Shown here in pieces: positions 40,917-43,209 of a DNA stretch of 43,209 bases. Both the position numbers and the translations under genes were made by a program. The notes under the pieces were generated by a model. The model saw nothing but the letters and a program-made list of their open reading frames with translations. It did not search any database and was not told the DNA's origin. Location of the stretch: positions 1-43,209 of IMG/VR virus record IMGVR_UViG_3300045988_076668, one strand, 5' to 3'. This DNA is from a virus. How positions within the stretch are numbered: position 1 is the stretch's first letter; each line of letters starts with the position of its first letter.

Positions 40917-41255
40917 GCCTTTTCCACGGAGTTCTTTTTTCCATCGGGTGATAACCGTGGTATTCACGCCGTAATGGTCGATCAGCTCATGGTATCGAAG
41001 CAGCTTCTCCTTCTCTGGGAAGTCCTCCGGCATGGGGATGCGGGGACGGCCTACCTTCTTCCTTGATTTACTCGGACAGCGCCCGCTGCAATCTGGATTG
41101 GTACAGTGCAAGCACTGCTGGATTTTCTCCGGGGAATCCCATCCAGGGTAGATTCCATTGCGTTTTCGGCGTTGGCCGGGAATGGGTTCAGAGGGCGCGT
41201 CGGCCCACGGCTTCCTCCCTTCGGTCTGCACCTTGACCCCGTTGATCTTCACCAT
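40908..41255 (-). CDS. Cys-cluster plus C-terminal HTH-like regulator candidate (115 aa)
   Basis: Track ORF. Contains CLHCTNPDCSGRC and ...LIDHYGVNTTVITRWKKEL. Confidence 0.6.
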   Translation of the reverse strand: MVKINGVKVQTEGRKPWADAPSEPIPGQRRKRNGIYPGWDSPEKIQQCLHCTNPDCSGRCPSKSRKKVGRPRIPMPEDFPEKEKLLRYHELIDHYGVNTTVITRWKKELRGKGEK

Positions 41256-41370
41256 ATCCCCACCCCCTTTCGCACCTGGGGCAGAGATATACCTTCTCTC
41301 CAGGTTCCAGGGCGGACACGTTCCACCGCTGCTTGCACCGGCGGAAGAGACGATACACCGCGCCCCTCAT
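41188..41370 (-). CDS. Possible small ORF (60 aa) overlapping the next gene by 68 nt
   Basis: Track ORF. ATGA coupling to the upstream small ORF. Contains CPRC. The extent is doubtful. Confidence 0.3.
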   Translation of the reverse strand: MRGAVYRLFRRCKQRWNVSALEPGEKVYLCPRCERGWGYGEDQRGQGADRREEAVGRRAL

Positions 41371-41534
41371 ACCACACGGAAGGGGATGCCCCGGCGGGCC
41401 AAGGCGGCGTTGATCCGGCTCTTCCCTACCTCCCTTCTGCGCCGGGCCTCCTGGCGCTTTCTGGCCGCTGGGGTAATGGCCCGTAACAGGATGTCCATAT
41501 CATGGCGTTGCTTGATCTCTTGTACTGGGTTCAT
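41367..41534 (-). CDS. Small basic protein (55 aa)
   Basis: Not in track. ATG 41534 follows GAAAGGAGAA. Translation MNPVQEIKQRHDMDILLRAITPAARKRQEARRRREVGKSRINAALARRGIPFRVV. Confidence 0.45.
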   Translation of the reverse strand: MNPVQEIKQRHDMDILLRAITPAARKRQEARRRREVGKSRINAALARRGIPFRVV

Positions 41535-41549
41535 TCCAAGTTCTCCTTT

Positions 41550-41804
41550 CTAAATTTTCCCGGCATGAATGATTGTTAAGTAATCCTCATCTGTAAAGCG
41601 AAGTGCTTCCCCCATAAGGATCAATTCATTGAGGGTAAACTTCCCTGGGTCTTTTCGACGGGCCTGCAATGGAGGTCTCGTTTGCAATCCGATGAGCATC
41701 GCAATGTTTTCTTCTGTCAGTCCAGCTCTTGCTTTTCCAATACGATACACAACGCCGAATTCATCCCGCCACCGGTCTACCCGGTTTTGCTTCTTCCTTC
41801 CCAT
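41550..41804 (-). CDS. Hypothetical DNA-binding-like protein (84 aa)
   Basis: Track ORF 41550..41939. ATG 41804 lies 7 nt after AGGAG. Confidence 0.5.
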   Translation of the reverse strand: MGRKKQNRVDRWRDEFGVVYRIGKARAGLTEENIAMLIGLQTRPPLQARRKDPGKFTLNELILMGEALRFTDEDYLTIIHAGKI

Positions 41805-42018
41805 TGTTTCGCTCCTTTCTGGATGTCTCAATGTCAGAGACATTACAGCGGTAAATTCTCGCCAGATGTACCCACTTCTTCCGCAGAGGGAACGTATTTC
41901 CTTGTTCCCAATGACTAATTGCAGATCGCTCAAGATCAAGCATCTTTGCTGCGGCTTCCTGGGTTAAACCGGCATTGATTCTCAATTCTTTCAGATTGAT
42001 AAAAATCACTCCATTCAA
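41761..42018 (-). CDS. XRE-family HTH regulator (85 aa)
   Basis: Track ORF (TTG start; GTG 42009 is also possible). Contains LKELRINAGLTQEAAAKMLDLERSAISHWEQG. Confidence 0.7.
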   Translation of the reverse strand: MNGVIFINLKELRINAGLTQEAAAKMLDLERSAISHWEQGNTFPLRKKWVHLARIYRCNVSDIETSRKERNNGKEEAKPGRPVAG

Positions 42019-42274
42019 TTGTTTTTTGTATGAATCGCCACTATCAAAAACACACTATCTCATGCGAAAATGTTTGTAGCGAAGCAAATCCAAATAAAGG
42101 AGATATCAGAAAACAATGCAAAGCAGGCAACAATGTTGCGCCAATTTGTATTATCTTCTTGACCACTTCCTGGAGTTATGCTCAAAAGCAACCATCTTAA
42201 ATTTGCTATAATCGTAATGACGAAATGACAAATTATGTAAGTGTTTATTGGGAATTGACCTCTTTTCTTCCAAC

Positions 42275-42374
42275 CCAGCGCATGAGGGACGGTTCCATAA
42301 AAGAAAGGAAACGAAGCATCAAGGGGGAGAGATGCTGAAATAAGGTTAAATCGGAACCGCCCCTCATACGCTGG
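42275..42374. other. 100-nt long-stem hairpin (22-bp stem, 56-nt internal region with a nested 5-bp hairpin) just downstream of the antirepressor stop
   Basis: Arms 42275-42296 and 42353-42374. The two non-Watson-Crick positions are G-U on the minus-strand RNA and A-C on the plus-strand RNA. Confidence 0.8.
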
Positions 42375-42392
42375 ATTTAGTTATTTCTATTA

Positions 42393-43130
42393 TCATCCTG
42401 CTTTCAGGAATAGTAATCGGAAGGTTTCCCTCCCCTTTGGTGTTACCAAGGTCTGTGTCCCAGTCCATTGGGTCTTCTCGTTGAAGCACTCTTTCAATTC
42501 AAACAAACCGTTGTTAACATGAACCTGATAGGGCATCAGCTTACCTTTTTTGTCCCGGTACAGGTATTTACGAGAAAGAAGGAAAGAAATAAACTCTTTC
42601 GGTTTGACCCCGAGTTCCTTGGCTGTTTCCCGAAGACCTGTTAAAAGATTCCGGTCTACCAAATCGTCAAAGTAGTCCGCCTTTGGCTGCATGATCTGGT
42701 TTTCCACCGTCAGGGCGGACAGTCGGACTTTCTGATTCTCGATGGTCTTGTTCGCCATAATGAGCGCCGCCGCCATGAGTTCCTCGGGGGTCATGTTCTC
42801 CTGGCCGTTGATGTACCCACCGTTCTTGCGGATGGAGGGGAGAACCTCATCAAAAATCCAGCGTTCAAATTGATCCGCACCTGGTAATTCTGACCTGGCA
42901 GCCAGGCGGTAGATATCACCCTCGGGGATAAAGTTCATTTCCTGTTCTCCTCCGTTTGTAAGGGTGCGGCGCTTCACCGCCCCCTTGCAATGAGCAGAAA
43001 CCGCGTCCTTCGGGCGCTTATACCCAAGTGCCTTTGCTACATCAGACCCGCAGAACAGCACCTTGCCATCTTCTTCGATGGTGCGGATTTATCCAAACTC
43101 GGGATTGTTGAAAATTATCAGTTCGCTCAT
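42393..43130 (-). pseudogene. Bro-N / KilAC-type antirepressor interrupted by an in-frame TAA at codon 14
   Basis: ATG 43130 lies 7 nt after GAAGGAG and gives MSELIIFNNPEFG-TAA(43091-43089)-IRTIEEDGKVLFCGSDVAKALGY.... The track ORF 42393..43061 restarts at GTG. The C-terminal KilAC-like region is intact. Confidence 0.75.
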
Positions 43131-43209
43131 TTACACACTCCTTCTCATCGTTATCATATTTATGTTTATTAGTTGTTCGCGTTTACGCGAGTTAATCAGC
43201 AAAAAAAAT
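43111..43209. repeat. Terminal direct repeat copy B (exact match to 1-99)
   Basis: Read directly. Confidence 0.95.

Noticed and set aside
42116-42211. 31-codon plus-strand ORF (MQSRQQCCANLYYLLDHFLELCSKATILNLL) in the gap after the antirepressor
   Set aside because: The AAGGAG is 13 nt from the ATG, which is too far. There is no supporting promoter or terminator, and the frame ends inside the candidate -10 box. It cannot be excluded as a small toxin-like peptide, but the evidence is weak.
1-43209. Stop-codon reassignment, suggested by the in-frame TAA in the antirepressor and the in-frame TGA before the ATPase
   Set aside because: TAA, TGA and TAG all terminate many well-delimited genes here, with coupled ATGA or TAATG overlaps. 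The long late genes have no internal stops. Two isolated cases fit mutation or unusual initiation better.
1-43209. CRISPR array, retron, DGR or transposon
   Set aside because: No repeat-spacer periodicity, no reverse-transcriptase-like ORF and no transposase or inverted terminal repeats were seen. The only mobile-type elements are the integrase/attP pair and the HNH homing endonuclease.

Overview
The window is a complete, circularly closed genome of a temperate siphovirus-type phage. It has 43,110 unique bp plus an exact 99-bp end overlap (1-99 = 43111-43209). SD usage, tRNA-targeted integration and XhlA, YopX and DnaD/DnaC-type genes suggest a Bacillota (Clostridia-like) host. The plus strand carries only the lysogeny module: CI-like repressor 459-830, secreted lipoprotein 1545-2132, tyrosine integrase 2269-3360, and an attP core that is the 3' end of a tRNA-Ser-like gene (3385-3409), flanked by GCACACGAAA arm-type repeats. 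Everything else is on the minus strand. In transcription order it runs: cro-like gene, Bro-N/KilAC antirepressor interrupted by an in-frame TAA, HTH regulators, and a recombination/replication module (AAA_24 ATPase, DUF669 SSB-like protein, DnaD-like organiser with internal iterons and a polypurine tract, DnaC-like loader). Next come a MazF-like toxin, dCTP deaminase, an AT-rich HNH homing-endonuclease island, a DNA methyltransferase, many small Zn-ribbon ORFs, YopX and a RuvC-like resolvase. The late region follows: terS, terL, portal, head, tail, a 1477-aa tape measure, fibres, then XhlA/holin/amidase. It ends with a six-gene cargo cassette of unknown function next to attP. Four items deserve most follow-up. 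(1) At the early/late boundary, a consensus promoter drives a ~430-nt densely structured non-coding RNA fused to a tRNA(CAU), just upstream of terS (29014-29553). (2) An ~85-nt plus-strand antisense sRNA candidate with its own promoter and terminator lies inside the early operon (40799-40916). (3) The attP-proximal cargo cassette encodes Cys-, Gly- and Gln-rich proteins plus a sigma-region-4-like regulator. (4) An orphan MazF-like toxin is translationally coupled to the helicase-loader gene. No CRISPR array, reverse transcriptase (retron/DGR) or transposase was seen. All calls come from reading the sequence and ORF track by eye, with no database search.
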